Shown in pieces: positions 19,073-28,952 of a stretch of DNA of 64,000 nucleotides. Below the pieces are notes generated by a model that was given only the letters and a program-made list of their open reading frames with translations, made no database searches and was not told the origin of the DNA. Source of the stretch: a virus. Its lineage: Duplodnaviria > Heunggongvirae > Uroviricota > Caudoviricetes. The DNA is taken from IMG/VR virus record IMGVR_UViG_3300033073_001657, positions 29,419 through 93,418 of that record; one strand, given 5' to 3'. Position numbers and translations under genes: made by a program. Each line of letters begins with the position of its first letter. Within the stretch, counting starts at the first letter, position 1.

Positions 19073-19816
19073 ATGAAACAACATATATCTACATATAGGA
19101 ATTTTATTTTTGAAAATCGTTTCTATCAAAGCGAACTAAATCCTTCGTTTTGGTCAGATTTTAAATTTGATCCAGAAGTTCGAATGAAATTACTTAAGAT
19201 AGCTAAAGATTTTTATGAGGATCTTGACATAGCTATTCCAGTAATCGACGTTCAGTTAACAGGCTCTCTTGCTAATTATAATTGGACCAAATATTCAGAT
19301 TTGGACGTCCATGTGATAATGGATCTTTCTCAAGTCAATCAAGACGTTGAGCTTGTTAAAAAGGCTCTTGATGGAATTCGAGTAAGCTGGAATCAACGTC
19401 ACCCAGTTGTGATTCGTAAACATGATGTTGAGCTTTATGCTCAAGACATTAATCAACTTCATCTAGCGTCTGGTCTTTTCTCTTTACTTAAAAACGAATG
19501 GATTCGCCAACCTCAATATAATCCACCAACGGTCGATGAAAAAGACGTCACTCGAAAGACTTCTGCTTATCGACATGAGATTGCAGAACTTAATAGAAGA
19601 CTCAAGAAAGCTTCTCCAGAAGAGGCTGCTACTGTTTTAGAATATGCATCTGCCCTTAAAAAGAAAATATCTAGAGCTCGTGATGAAAAATTAGCGCATA
19701 CTGGCGGTGAATTTTCAGTAGAAAACCTTGTTTTTAAAGAGATGAGAAATAATGGTCTTTATGGTGATTTAATCCAATTAAAGTCAGATGCCTACTCTAA
19801 AATCTATTCGGAATAA
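19073..19816 (+). CDS. nucleotidyltransferase-fold (Pol-beta-like) protein with CTS-like N-terminus
   Basis: TGSLANYNWTKYSDLDVHV matches the GS-x(10)-D-x-D minimal nucleotidyltransferase motif. The N-terminus is MKQHISTYRNFIFEN. Confidence 0.5.
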   Translation: MKQHISTYRNFIFENRFYQSELNPSFWSDFKFDPEVRMKLLKIAKDFYEDLDIAIPVIDVQLTGSLANYNWTKYSDLDVHVIMDLSQVNQDVELVKKALDGIRVSWNQRHPVVIRKHDVELYAQDINQLHLASGLFSLLKNEWIRQPQYNPPTVDEKDVTRKTSAYRHEIAELNRRLKKASPEEAATVLEYASALKKKISRARDEKLAHTGGEFSVENLVFKEMRNNGLYGDLIQLKSDAYSKIYSE

Positions 19817-19823
19817 TAATTTT

Positions 19824-20711
19824 ATGAATCTATACATTAAACCATTCGAGCCAATTAATGAGTCCATGAAACAACATGGCATCGTCTTAATTAAGGGTAA
19901 ACCTAAGGGAAAGAACAAAGAGCAAATGCTTTTTGCAACTCACGTAAATACTTGGGCAGAGCTTCGTCCTGGAGCAATGATGATGTTCCTATCCGATACG
20001 TTTTATCGTGTCATCAAGGAAGGTGATAAGCTGAAAGGAGTAAAAATCAATTGGAGAGATGAAGACTCTCTAAAGGATGCTCTTAATTTTAAAGCTCCTG
20101 GTAAAATTAGTGTAGTTCGCAACAATAATAAGACGCCATATCATTGGAAGACTCTAAAGCATACTAATTTAAGAGATGCTCTTGATGCAGTTGAGGGAGA
20201 TCTTAATGGAACAAGTTTTATCTTTGAATCTAGTGATTATACTGAATCAATAGAAAAGCAGGTGGTCGAAGATGCGATCGATGCAATATTTAAAGACGGT
20301 AAGAACGTGATAATCCTAGACTGGGAGATTCCAGACGATGATTTTAGAGATCTTGTCGATAGTGATGATAGTTACGGTTCGGAGATGACTGAATGGGGAG
20401 CAACCTTCGATTGCCTATATGTCGGTCAACCTGAATTGGACAAGGTTCTTGCTGACCTTGAACTTAATCGATTTGAAGTTACTGTCTACTTTGAATCAAG
20501 ATTTTCATTCCAACAGTGGTATTCTCCAGGAGATAGAGACACTCCGCCAGATGGAGAAATCGAAATCACTAGCGTTGATACTGAAATAACTAACATTTCA
20601 GTCAGTGGAATTGATGCAGACGATGTCTCCGGTCTGACTGAGATTGTCGGCACTATGGATGGAGTCGATTTAGAATCATTTATTAAGAAAAAACACGAAA
20701 AATTTATTTAA
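19824..20711 (+). CDS. hypothetical protein, CTS-like N-terminus (MNLYIKPFEPINE)
   Basis: The ORF track starts this gene at 19788. An internal ATG at 19824 gives the CTS-like N-terminus and is preferred. Confidence 0.45.
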   Translation: MNLYIKPFEPINESMKQHGIVLIKGKPKGKNKEQMLFATHVNTWAELRPGAMMMFLSDTFYRVIKEGDKLKGVKINWRDEDSLKDALNFKAPGKISVVRNNNKTPYHWKTLKHTNLRDALDAVEGDLNGTSFIFESSDYTESIEKQVVEDAIDAIFKDGKNVIILDWEIPDDDFRDLVDSDDSYGSEMTEWGATFDCLYVGQPELDKVLADLELNRFEVTVYFESRFSFQQWYSPGDRDTPPDGEIEITSVDTEITNISVSGIDADDVSGLTEIVGTMDGVDLESFIKKKHEKFI

Positions 20712-20752
20712 TCTTTGTTAACCATTAAGTATAATATTCAAAAAAGTACTTA

Positions 20753-21142
20753 ATGGAATCGAATAAAGAAAAGATTGATGCTTATCTAGAATCAATAGGC
20801 GGACTTGAAAACGGCTGGCGGACAGATCGCCCTTCGATCAAAGATGCTCACTTCTTTCAGTGTCACCAAGGCTGGTATCCGCTGATCCAGAAACTAATCG
20901 AAGACATTATTGAACTTGGATGGGACAAGCAAGTTACCCAAGTAAAAGAAAAGTTCGGCGGGCTTAGATTCTATATCAATTCGGCCTCAAGTGAGGTTCA
21001 CGATCGAATCACTGAGGCAGAACGCGAGAGTTACACTATCTGTGAGATGTGTGGTTCGTCTGGTGAACTCCGCCAGGACATTGGATGGCACCGAACTCTC
21101 TGTGATCATCACTATACTGAAATCAAAAACAAAAAATCATGA
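20753..21142 (+). CDS. hypothetical Cys/His-containing protein
   Basis: 129 aa. The AGTATAAT box at 20728-20738 lies upstream. Confidence 0.5.
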   Translation: MESNKEKIDAYLESIGGLENGWRTDRPSIKDAHFFQCHQGWYPLIQKLIEDIIELGWDKQVTQVKEKFGGLRFYINSASSEVHDRITEAERESYTICEMCGSSGELRQDIGWHRTLCDHHYTEIKNKKS

Positions 21143-21486
21143 GAGAGTTTAGATTTTATAAGGAGAATACCCATCGATGGTATGTTGATCTTCCTGAATG
21201 GGAAGGTCCCAAGTCTGCATTAGAAATGATAGACGGTGCCGACTCAATGTTAGAATACATGGCAGAGGGCTCCGGTGAAGTCAGAGCTATTCTTTCCACC
21301 AAGAAGGTAGATAATGCATATCACCTAAATTTTTTACGAGAGACTCCTGAAGTAGGCGAAGGTGCTCAATATCACCTTGATGAATACATCGGACTCACAA
21401 TCAATCTAAGAGTTTGGTTGTGTGACGTCACTAAGTTTGTCTTTGGGGACTTTCCTAAAGATATTTGGGTAGTTCCAGTTAATTAA
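21139..21486 (+). CDS. hypothetical protein
   Basis: 115-aa ORF. Confidence 0.45.
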   Translation: MREFRFYKENTHRWYVDLPEWEGPKSALEMIDGADSMLEYMAEGSGEVRAILSTKKVDNAYHLNFLRETPEVGEGAQYHLDEYIGLTINLRVWLCDVTKFVFGDFPKDIWVVPVN

Positions 21487-21506
21487 TCAATTCTTTTTAG
21501 TATAAT

Positions 21507-22058
21507 ATGAACATGGAAAGATTAAAAATAAAAACTGACTGGGTAGTAGACCAACATCGATGTACTAATCACATGTATGATAAGTATTTGCCTTATGAAT
21601 TCCACCTAAGAATGGTAGTCGAGGCATATAATCGATTTAAACATTTGCTTTCAAATGACCATGGGACAATTGATAACCAAGTAAACGTCTACTTAGCATG
21701 TTGGGGACATGATCTTATTGAAGACACTAGAGTTTCTTATAATGATGTGATGAAAGAGCTCGGTGAAAGTGCAGCCGATATCATCTATGCTGTGAGTAAT
21801 GAGAAAGGAAAGAATCGTGCTGAAAGAGCAAACGACAAGTATTATGAAGGAATTCGTAATCAACCCGGAGCAGTCTTTGTAAAATTGTGTGATCGTATAG
21901 CAAACGTACAATACTCAAAGATGGCGGGTTCTAGAATGTTTGAGATGTACAAGAAAGAAAATCCAAATTTTATGGAGAAATTGGGTTATGAAGAATTGAA
22001 AACTCATGAACTTCATCCACTTTTTGCATATTTAATTGAACTTTTTGAAAACAAATAA
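21507..22058 (+). CDS. HD-domain phosphohydrolase-like protein
   Basis: H...HDLIED motif. The AGTATAAT box at 21498-21508 lies upstream. Confidence 0.5.
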   Translation: MNMERLKIKTDWVVDQHRCTNHMYDKYLPYEFHLRMVVEAYNRFKHLLSNDHGTIDNQVNVYLACWGHDLIEDTRVSYNDVMKELGESAADIIYAVSNEKGKNRAERANDKYYEGIRNQPGAVFVKLCDRIANVQYSKMAGSRMFEMYKKENPNFMEKLGYEELKTHELHPLFAYLIELFENK

Positions 22059-22239
22059 AATGAAAGAACAGAAATTTTTAATCGTTGAAAGCGCATATGA
22101 TGTTAACGATTGGTTGGACAAAGGATGGGAAGTCGTTTCAGTGACTCCACAACACGTCGCAGTTGCTTTGACTGGTAATGTATATAGCCATAAGACTGTG
22201 ACCGGCAAGTTTGCAGTAGTAATTCAAAAACAGAAGTAA
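22036..22239 (+). CDS. hypothetical protein
   Basis: 67-aa ORF. Confidence 0.35.
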   Translation: MNFLKTNKMKEQKFLIVESAYDVNDWLDKGWEVVSVTPQHVAVALTGNVYSHKTVTGKFAVVIQKQK

Positions 22240-22241
22240 TC

Positions 22242-22712
22242 ATGATAGGCTATATTATCGGTGGCGCAGCAATAGTAGGAGTTTCAATAATATTAATTGC
22301 TGACTTCATGGCTAAACTACAGAGAAGAAAAGAGTATTCGGATTGGCAAGTAGGCGACAAGGTCGCAATAAAAGATAATGACGATCTTTACTCTCTTCAG
22401 GGTTGGGAAAAGACGGCTTTCTATGTAGAAAACAAGGACGGGTCTACTGTAAAACTGGAATGGAAGCGACTGGACTTTAATAAGTCTGCTACTTGGAGGA
22501 GAAACCATCAGTCTTGTGAAAAGGCAATGGGTAAGAAACCTGGATTTTCTCCTGAACTTGGAAAAACCACTAGCTCTTCTCAAAAGATTGACGGTAAGCA
22601 TATCGAGCTCTTGACTGAGATTGAGTGTCAGATCTATTTAAAACAGGCTCTTGAGACTGAAGACTATGAGCTTGCTGAAAAGATTAAAAAACAAATGGAA
22701 AAATACAGATGA
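22242..22712 (+). CDS. membrane-anchored protein with C-terminal UVR-like motif
   Basis: N-terminal transmembrane helix. The C-terminal stretch YELAEKIKKQMEK resembles a UvrB/C-type motif. Confidence 0.4.
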   Translation: MIGYIIGGAAIVGVSIILIADFMAKLQRRKEYSDWQVGDKVAIKDNDDLYSLQGWEKTAFYVENKDGSTVKLEWKRLDFNKSATWRRNHQSCEKAMGKKPGFSPELGKTTSSSQKIDGKHIELLTEIECQIYLKQALETEDYELAEKIKKQMEKYR

Positions 22713-23101
22713 AACTATTTTTAGACGATATTCGCCAACCGAAGGACGCGTGTTATCTAGTCTCAAACCCTGCTCTTTATTGGGAAGAGGATTGGCACAT
22801 CGTTAAAAACTATCCTGAATTTTGTGCATGGATCAAGAGAAATGGGCTCCCAAAAATAGTATCATTTGATCATGACTTGGCTGATGTACATTATGAGATC
22901 GATTTTAATGATTGGAACGATCTTACTGCCGATCAACTTGGAGTTGAGGAGACTGGCCTAGACTGTGCAAAATGGATGGTTGAATACTGCTTAGATAACA
23001 GTTTTCCTCTACCTGAATATTACGTGCACTCTGCAAACCCTGCAGGAAAAAAGAACATACAGGCATACTTAGACAATGCCAAGAAACATTTAGAGTTATG
23101 A
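22709..23101 (+). CDS. hypothetical protein
   Basis: 130-aa ORF. Confidence 0.45.
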   Translation: MKLFLDDIRQPKDACYLVSNPALYWEEDWHIVKNYPEFCAWIKRNGLPKIVSFDHDLADVHYEIDFNDWNDLTADQLGVEETGLDCAKWMVEYCLDNSFPLPEYYVHSANPAGKKNIQAYLDNAKKHLEL

Positions 23102-23505
23102 GTGAAACTATATTTGACAAACTAACAGCTTTCTTAAAGACTGAAGAGGGTCAAAGATCCCTTGAAGAGTTTGGTAAAAAACTTGAAAGAGACGCAGAAT
23201 ACAAGAGTCGTCAAGTTGAAAGATTTAAGAAAAATGCAGAGCATCGACTTGATGAAGTGCTTGAGAAGATAATAACTAAGTATGATTCAGATGAATACGT
23301 TCGTCGAGAATATAGACTTGGATATGAACCTAGAGAGACCCTTCTTTGGGTGGCTTTTAATTATGCAGAAGAATACTGTAAGCCCTGTGAAGATCCTCAG
23401 TATGCAAACCCGTTCACTGGCGAGATGTATTGGATCGGATCCTATGTAATTCAAGTAATGCATGGACAAGGCTCAGTAATTAAAATAGAAAAAATAAACA
23501 AATAG
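23098..23505 (+). CDS. hypothetical protein
   Basis: 135-aa ORF. Confidence 0.45.
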   Translation: MSETIFDKLTAFLKTEEGQRSLEEFGKKLERDAEYKSRQVERFKKNAEHRLDEVLEKIITKYDSDEYVRREYRLGYEPRETLLWVAFNYAEEYCKPCEDPQYANPFTGEMYWIGSYVIQVMHGQGSVIKIEKINK

Positions 23506-23506
23506 T

Positions 23507-23914
23507 ATGTTAAAGGATCAAATCAATAAGGATTACATGACTGCTTTCAAGGAGAGAGACACAGTCAAAAAGAATTTACTTTCAGTTATCAAAGGAGAAA
23601 TTCAAACACAAGAAAAAAACCAAGGCATTGACCACCTGTCAGATGATGAAGTCACTAAGATCTTAAATAAGATGGCTAAGTCATTACGCGAAGTTTTTGT
23701 GACAGACAGTTCACAAGTATTAACTGATGTGAAGATCGAATTAGATATCATTGAAGCATACTTGCCTAAGCAGATGTCTCGTGAAGAAATCTCTCTAAAA
23801 CTTGAAGAGTTGTATGGTTCAGGTATTACTCAAATGGGTGATATTATGAAAGCGTTCTCTACTTTACCGGCCGACAAGAAAGTGGTTTCTGAATTAATTA
23901 AAAATCGTAACTAA
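23507..23914 (+). CDS. GatB/YqeY-domain protein
   Basis: The layout resembles YqeY (N-terminal MLKDQINKDYMTAFKERD and a C-terminal helical region). Confidence 0.5.
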   Translation: MLKDQINKDYMTAFKERDTVKKNLLSVIKGEIQTQEKNQGIDHLSDDEVTKILNKMAKSLREVFVTDSSQVLTDVKIELDIIEAYLPKQMSREEISLKLEELYGSGITQMGDIMKAFSTLPADKKVVSELIKNRN

Positions 23915-23915
23915 G

Positions 23916-24809
23916 ATGTCTAAAATTAGCACACTCAATCTCGCATATCCTGAAAAATCAGATATTAAGTTCGAGAAAACAAAATTTCCTGACGGTCAAC
24001 AGTCAATTAAAATAACAAGTAATATTGCATCTGAAATAGCAATTAAAATCTACTCAAGATTTACTAGTTTTCAAGATCTAGAACTTATTCTTTGTGCAAC
24101 TGCCGCTCTTAAGAATTTGGGAATGACTGATATTTTTCTCTACATTCCATATTTCTTAGGTGGTCGTAGCGATCGTAAGTTTGAAGAGGGCTCAATCAAT
24201 TATATCAAAGATGTGGTTGCTCCAATTATTAATGCACAGCATTATAAAGGAGTCCTAGTCTTAGATCCTCACTCTGACGTTATCGAAGCGTGTATTGATC
24301 GACTGGATAAAATTGATAATTATAGCCTAGTTAAAGCGGCGCTTACTTCAATTGATAATACAAATGCTGCTCGAGAAAAAATGTGTATTATTTCGCCAGA
24401 CGCTGGAGCACTTAAGAAGATTTATGGTGTAGCTAAACATTTTGATATTAGAGATGTCTTAACTGCATCTAAAGTCCGAGATCTATCTACTGGTAAGATC
24501 CTGCATACGGAGATCCCGCAAATTCAAGGCACACAGCCTAAGAATTTTGTAATCATCGATGATATCTGTGATGGCGGTCGAACTTTTATTGAAGTAGCTA
24601 AAGCGATTCGTGAAAAACGTCCACATCCAATGTTTAGTGATAAGATCTACTTGATTGTCACCCATGGAATATTTTCAGGTGGACTACTTGAACTTTCTAG
24701 ACATTTTAGCGGAATCTATTCAACGAATAGTGTTAAGGATATTAAAGTTGATGAATATTCTGATTACACAGTAGATGATAGTTTTTTAACTCAATTCAAT
24801 ATATTTTAA
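23916..24809 (+). CDS. ribose-phosphate pyrophosphokinase homolog (Prs / ADPR-pyrophosphokinase Adps-like)
   Basis: FPDGQ aligns with FSDGE, IPYFLGGRSDRK with PYFGYARQDRK, and LDPH with DLH. The PRPP-binding loop VIIDDICDGGRT and the THGIFSGG motif are also present. Confidence 0.8.
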   Translation: MSKISTLNLAYPEKSDIKFEKTKFPDGQQSIKITSNIASEIAIKIYSRFTSFQDLELILCATAALKNLGMTDIFLYIPYFLGGRSDRKFEEGSINYIKDVVAPIINAQHYKGVLVLDPHSDVIEACIDRLDKIDNYSLVKAALTSIDNTNAAREKMCIISPDAGALKKIYGVAKHFDIRDVLTASKVRDLSTGKILHTEIPQIQGTQPKNFVIIDDICDGGRTFIEVAKAIREKRPHPMFSDKIYLIVTHGIFSGGLLELSRHFSGIYSTNSVKDIKVDEYSDYTVDDSFLTQFNIF

Positions 24810-24810
24810 T

Positions 24811-25284
24811 ATGGTAATCGTAAAACCTCCTCACCCAATCACTAAGGTTGGTGCAAATATCCAAGCAATATTTTTGGCTGGAAGCATTGAAATGGGTAGC
24901 GCGGAAGACTGGCAGGCCAAAGTAGAAAAGTTTTTTCGGTACTATCCTAAAGATGTTGTGATTCTTAATCCTCGTCGAGAAGACTGGGACTCTAGTTGGA
25001 CTCAAGAGTTTACTAATCCTCAGTTCTATCAACAAGTCAATTGGGAGCTCACTGCTCTTGATGCAGCTGATCTAATTATTATGTACTTTCATCCAGACAC
25101 GAAGGCTCCGATCTCATTATTAGAATTTGGAAAGTTTGCTGAGTCTGGTAAAATGATGGTGTGTTGCCCTACTGGATTTTGGAGAAAAGGTAACGTTGAT
25201 ATCGTGTGTGAACGATATGGAATCCCAAACTATGAGACACTAGACGAATTATTACAGGACATTCACAATAAAAACATAATATGA
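24811..25284 (+). CDS. nucleoside 2-deoxyribosyltransferase-like protein
   Basis: IFLAGSIEMG and LLEFGKFAESGK resemble the NDT-family motifs. Confidence 0.45.
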   Translation: MVIVKPPHPITKVGANIQAIFLAGSIEMGSAEDWQAKVEKFFRYYPKDVVILNPRREDWDSSWTQEFTNPQFYQQVNWELTALDAADLIIMYFHPDTKAPISLLEFGKFAESGKMMVCCPTGFWRKGNVDIVCERYGIPNYETLDELLQDIHNKNII

Positions 25285-25475
25285 TTGAATTTTTAGAGTT
25301 TACGTTCAGATCTTTCTGGACATTTATTGGAGTACTGATCCTAATTTCAGTACCCCTAAAATTTTTATTTAAGATGTGGAACCGTTTTTGGAGACACATG
25401 AGCATTCGTAAACATGGATATCCACAAAACTGCGATGCAGATGGAGATTTTCTAAAAAAGGGAGACGATGAATAA
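25281..25475 (+). CDS. small membrane protein
   Basis: 64 aa with a hydrophobic core. Confidence 0.4.
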   Translation: MIEFLEFTFRSFWTFIGVLILISVPLKFLFKMWNRFWRHMSIRKHGYPQNCDADGDFLKKGDDE

Positions 25476-25815
25476 TACAAAAAAGTTTTATCGAGTATCT
25501 AATGAGACCACTCAACAGGGATTGTGGTATGCATTCGATGGTGCATTCACTGGAAACATACACCATAAATTTAATTTCTGCAAACACAGGGATCTTGCAA
25601 TGGACTTTGATGAAGAACTAGTAGGTTTTATTTCAGCGACTCCTTCATTAGAGGAACTATATATGTGGTTTCCAAAAGAAGACATTATCCGACTTCAGAA
25701 ACACGGATATTACATTCATGTGTTTGAATCAAATAATCATAAGTTCTATGAAAGATTTCAACATCAAGTGATTGATCAAAAGACTGCAAAACTCATTGAA
25801 AAAATAGTACTATGA
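25468..25815 (+). CDS. hypothetical protein
   Basis: 115-aa ORF. Confidence 0.45.
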   Translation: MNNTKKFYRVSNETTQQGLWYAFDGAFTGNIHHKFNFCKHRDLAMDFDEELVGFISATPSLEELYMWFPKEDIIRLQKHGYYIHVFESNNHKFYERFQHQVIDQKTAKLIEKIVL

Positions 25816-26006
25816 ATCGATATGAATTACTTGTAATAATTGGTGATCAAACAGAAAGTTATACTGTTTTTGCTGAACATTTTAGCACTCAGACGACGAG
25901 CAGTACATCTTCTGGATTTTATGCATTCTATGCAGATCGTAAACTTGTTTGTTGCTATCCAATTGAGAGAACAATAATTGCTTCAATCGAAGATGCAGAT
26001 GAATAG
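25812..26006 (+). CDS. hypothetical protein
   Basis: 64-aa ORF. Confidence 0.35.
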   Translation: MNRYELLVIIGDQTESYTVFAEHFSTQTTSSTSSGFYAFYADRKLVCCYPIERTIIASIEDADE

Positions 26007-26511
26007 GATAGACGGTGACTTGATCCAACTTGCTAAAGAGGGTAAGTTTGACGTGATTGCACATGGTTGTAATTGCATGAGCACAATGGGCGCTGGTATT
26101 GCTCCTCAAATGGCTAAAGCATTCGGTTGCGACAGATTCGAGATGGAACTTTGGGGTCGAGATATTAATAAGCTAGGTAACATTGACTATCAAACTTTTG
26201 TACTTGGCAAAAAGGCTATTTGGTCACTAGAAGATGCAAAGAACAATCGTAATGAACCTGAGTTGACTGTTGTAAATGCATATACTCAATATAATTATGG
26301 TCGCAATCATAAAGATGGTGCAATTGCTCCATTTGATTATGAAGCATTTACCCTATGCATGAGAAAAATTAATACTATCTTTGGAGGAAAACATATTGGC
26401 TTGCCAAAGATTGGTGCAGGTCTTGCTGGAGGAGACTGGGAAAGGATTGAAAAGATTATTGAGAAGGAGCTTTGGTTTTGTGAAGTGACAATAGTTAGCT
26501 ACCGACCATAA
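25999..26511 (+). CDS. Macro-domain protein (ADP-ribose binding/processing)
   Basis: FDVIAHGCNCMSTMGAGIAPQMAKAFG matches the Macro signature DxIVNAAN...GGGVxxAI. The start is chosen at the ATG at 25999, which overlaps the upstream stop. Confidence 0.6.
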   Translation: MNRIDGDLIQLAKEGKFDVIAHGCNCMSTMGAGIAPQMAKAFGCDRFEMELWGRDINKLGNIDYQTFVLGKKAIWSLEDAKNNRNEPELTVVNAYTQYNYGRNHKDGAIAPFDYEAFTLCMRKINTIFGGKHIGLPKIGAGLAGGDWERIEKIIEKELWFCEVTIVSYRP

Positions 26512-26574
26512 TAATTTTAATCTTACAGTTTTTATTGGTATCATATAAACATAACCACCAATAAAATCAAAACC

Positions 26575-27087
26575 ATGAAAACTTTATTTTTAGCCCTAGT
26601 TGTATTAATCAGCACATCGATTTTTTCACAACAGTTTAGAGGAATGCGTCAAGCTGAGTTAAAGTTTCTAAAAAGATATGGCATCAATTATATGTCTCCA
26701 TGGGCTAGGAATGTTGTAAATACAAAATCAACACTTGACAGTTATACGGCAGTTGATCGTAAAACATTACAGTCAGCATACTCCAAATTTGTCACATGGA
26801 ATAAAGGCAATTTTGCATTAGACCCAATTAACTCAAAGGTAATATTAGATGGATCTTCTTTCTATTACGATATTGATCCAAATCCATGTCAGATCACTGG
26901 AAAGATTCGAATTACAGTAGATAGAGATGATATTGAATACATCGAGATAGTTGAATACACAGTAGTAAGAGGAAATGCAACTGATCATGAATCCATAATT
27001 CTAGTAAAATATGTATATCATCCAGTCGAGCAGTATTGGAATGATACTTTCTATGAAGATTGTGGACAATGTCCGACTTTAAACTAA
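26575..27087 (+). CDS. secreted hypothetical protein (signal peptide)
   Basis: N-terminus MKTLFLALVVLISTSIFSQQ. Confidence 0.5.
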   Translation: MKTLFLALVVLISTSIFSQQFRGMRQAELKFLKRYGINYMSPWARNVVNTKSTLDSYTAVDRKTLQSAYSKFVTWNKGNFALDPINSKVILDGSSFYYDIDPNPCQITGKIRITVDRDDIEYIEIVEYTVVRGNATDHESIILVKYVYHPVEQYWNDTFYEDCGQCPTLN

Positions 27088-27089
27088 AT

Positions 27090-27117
27090 AAAAAAGGGAG
27101 CTTCTGCTCCCTTTTTG
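27090..27117. terminator. bidirectional rho-independent terminator
   Basis: aaaaa gggagc ttct gctccc ttttt, between convergent genes. Confidence 0.65.
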
Positions 27118-27135
27118 TTATTTATATAGTATCGA

Positions 27136-27795
27136 TTATACTGCAGCAATTGCAGCATCTCCTACCTTTTGCATCAGTGATGCCATTCCTTTAGTAGGTT
27201 TTGTTTGTTTTTGCCATTCAGCAGGGTCTTTTCTAATTGACCAAAAGACCTTTTTTAAATATGCGGCGTTTGCACAAATAGTATTTACATATTGTAAGAA
27301 GGTATTTGTTGCATATGGATCCCAAAATGAAGAATCAAATCCTTTAAATCCGATTCCAGTATCATCATTTCGATTAGTTAGAGAATTATCGGAAACACTT
27401 ACTCCTTTTCCAGATGCATCCATTTGTGGTGAAACTTTTCCAGTTCGATCAACATAACATGATCCTAAGTATATAGGAGTTGGCCAGCTTGACTTAGATG
27501 TACCTATACAATAAACATTAAATGTCAATTGTGCTGAATTATAACTAGCACTACCGGCTTCAGTATTTTCTGATTTTTTTTCTAATTTACAATATAGCTG
27601 TTTTCCTGCATATTCTACTACCTGATCATATGGAAGCTTACCTCCACCTGCAGCAGCGACTGCTTTACCCATTGCAATACAGTCTGGGTGTTTATCCAAT
27701 GATACTGCCGTAATTGCAACCTGTTCAAAGATCCCTTGGGTTTTTCTAGCTTCATTGACTCTTACCCAATTTTTAAAATTTAAAACGTTTGACAT
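27136..27795 (-). CDS. virion protein candidate with CTS (MSNVLNFKNWVRVNEA)
   Basis: 219 aa. Late box at 27809-27824. Confidence 0.6.
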   Translation of the reverse strand: MSNVLNFKNWVRVNEARKTQGIFEQVAITAVSLDKHPDCIAMGKAVAAAGGGKLPYDQVVEYAGKQLYCKLEKKSENTEAGSASYNSAQLTFNVYCIGTSKSSWPTPIYLGSCYVDRTGKVSPQMDASGKGVSVSDNSLTNRNDDTGIGFKGFDSSFWDPYATNTFLQYVNTICANAAYLKKVFWSIRKDPAEWQKQTKPTKGMASLMQKVGDAAIAAV

Positions 27796-27808
27796 GTGTT
27801 AATGTTTT

Positions 27809-27824
27809 CTTATTATTTATTTAG
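27809..27824 (-). promoter_or_regulatory. late-type promoter box (CTAAATAAATAATAAG on - strand)
   Basis: Recurrent motif. Confidence 0.4.
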
Positions 27825-27887
27825 ATTGTGTCTAAAATTTTTAAAAGTGTCCTAGAATATAGTATAGTAGCTATAAATAAAACTATA

Positions 27888-28667
27888 ATGGGATTAGACA
27901 TTTATCTTTATAAGTATCAGGATTTTGAGAAGACTCAAAAGGCTGAACAAGAATACGAAGAATTTTCAGAGAAACTTTGGGAAGGTCTTGACTATGAGTC
28001 AATGGCACAAGAGGAAAAGGATTCTCTTCGCGAAAAAGAAAAAGAGTTTGCAGCAAGTCTTGGACTCGATGAATGGGGCGAGTCTAAAACCGGTAAAGAG
28101 AGTATAGAGCTACCGCATCCAGAATATCCAGATCACTATTTCAAAATAGGATATTTTAGAAGCTCTTATAATCCTGGTGGACTTGAAAGAATCTTACGAA
28201 ATCTTGGATTGCCAACTATGCATGATATCTTTCAAAAGAATGATGAAGAATATGCATTTCAACCAGATTGGCAAGAGGCTCTAACTAGAGTTACTGAGTT
28301 AATCAAAGTATTCAAAGAAAAAGGAGCATATCGAGTACACTCAGTCTCAGCCAATATGTTTAGCGAGCCTAACATAAAATCTGAAGCTGCTGCACTTGAA
28401 GCATTTACTGCTGAACTTAAACGAGAAAATCCACTTAACTCAAACTATTCTAATAAGACTGGAGAGTTTTATGTTGCTGAACCTCTGAAAGTCTTAGCTA
28501 TGATACCTGGAAAGTCTACCCTCCTTAGAGAACGTGACTGCATATACGTCGTGACTGAAAGCGACAATTCATGGTACGAACATGCTCTTGAGATAATCAA
28601 GGCGACTTGTGAACATGTTCTTGCACAGGACGACAATGAAAAATATTACCTACACTGGAGTGGATAA
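27888..28667 (+). CDS. hypothetical protein
   Basis: The track ORF runs 27828-28667. Start at the ATG at 27888 is preferred. Confidence 0.45.
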   Translation: MGLDIYLYKYQDFEKTQKAEQEYEEFSEKLWEGLDYESMAQEEKDSLREKEKEFAASLGLDEWGESKTGKESIELPHPEYPDHYFKIGYFRSSYNPGGLERILRNLGLPTMHDIFQKNDEEYAFQPDWQEALTRVTELIKVFKEKGAYRVHSVSANMFSEPNIKSEAAALEAFTAELKRENPLNSNYSNKTGEFYVAEPLKVLAMIPGKSTLLRERDCIYVVTESDNSWYEHALEIIKATCEHVLAQDDNEKYYLHWSG

Positions 28668-28950
28668 ACACACTAAACCTACAACGAGCGACTTTCGAGC
28701 AGTTGCTACTAGCGAGTCTTGCATAGAGATCACGATATCTGAAGAATTAGATCTAAGCGGAGCTTCGCTAAAGATCTTGGGAGAAAATAGGAATTTTTTG
28801 ACCGAGATAAAGAACCCAGAGTACTTTACACAATTATGTACCTATTCTGGAAACCCGATGTTCATTGAGTTGCACACTCCGACTGGAGTATCAGTACAGT
28901 ATGTCACTGGATCGGGCAAAGATTTTTATAAGAACTTTAATAATAACTAA
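28636..28950 (+). CDS. hypothetical protein
   Basis: The track ORF runs 28609-28950. The start is uncertain and overlaps the upstream gene. Confidence 0.3.
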   Translation: MKNITYTGVDKHTKPTTSDFRAVATSESCIEITISEELDLSGASLKILGENRNFLTEIKNPEYFTQLCTYSGNPMFIELHTPTGVSVQYVTGSGKDFYKNFNNN

Positions 28951-28952
28951 AT

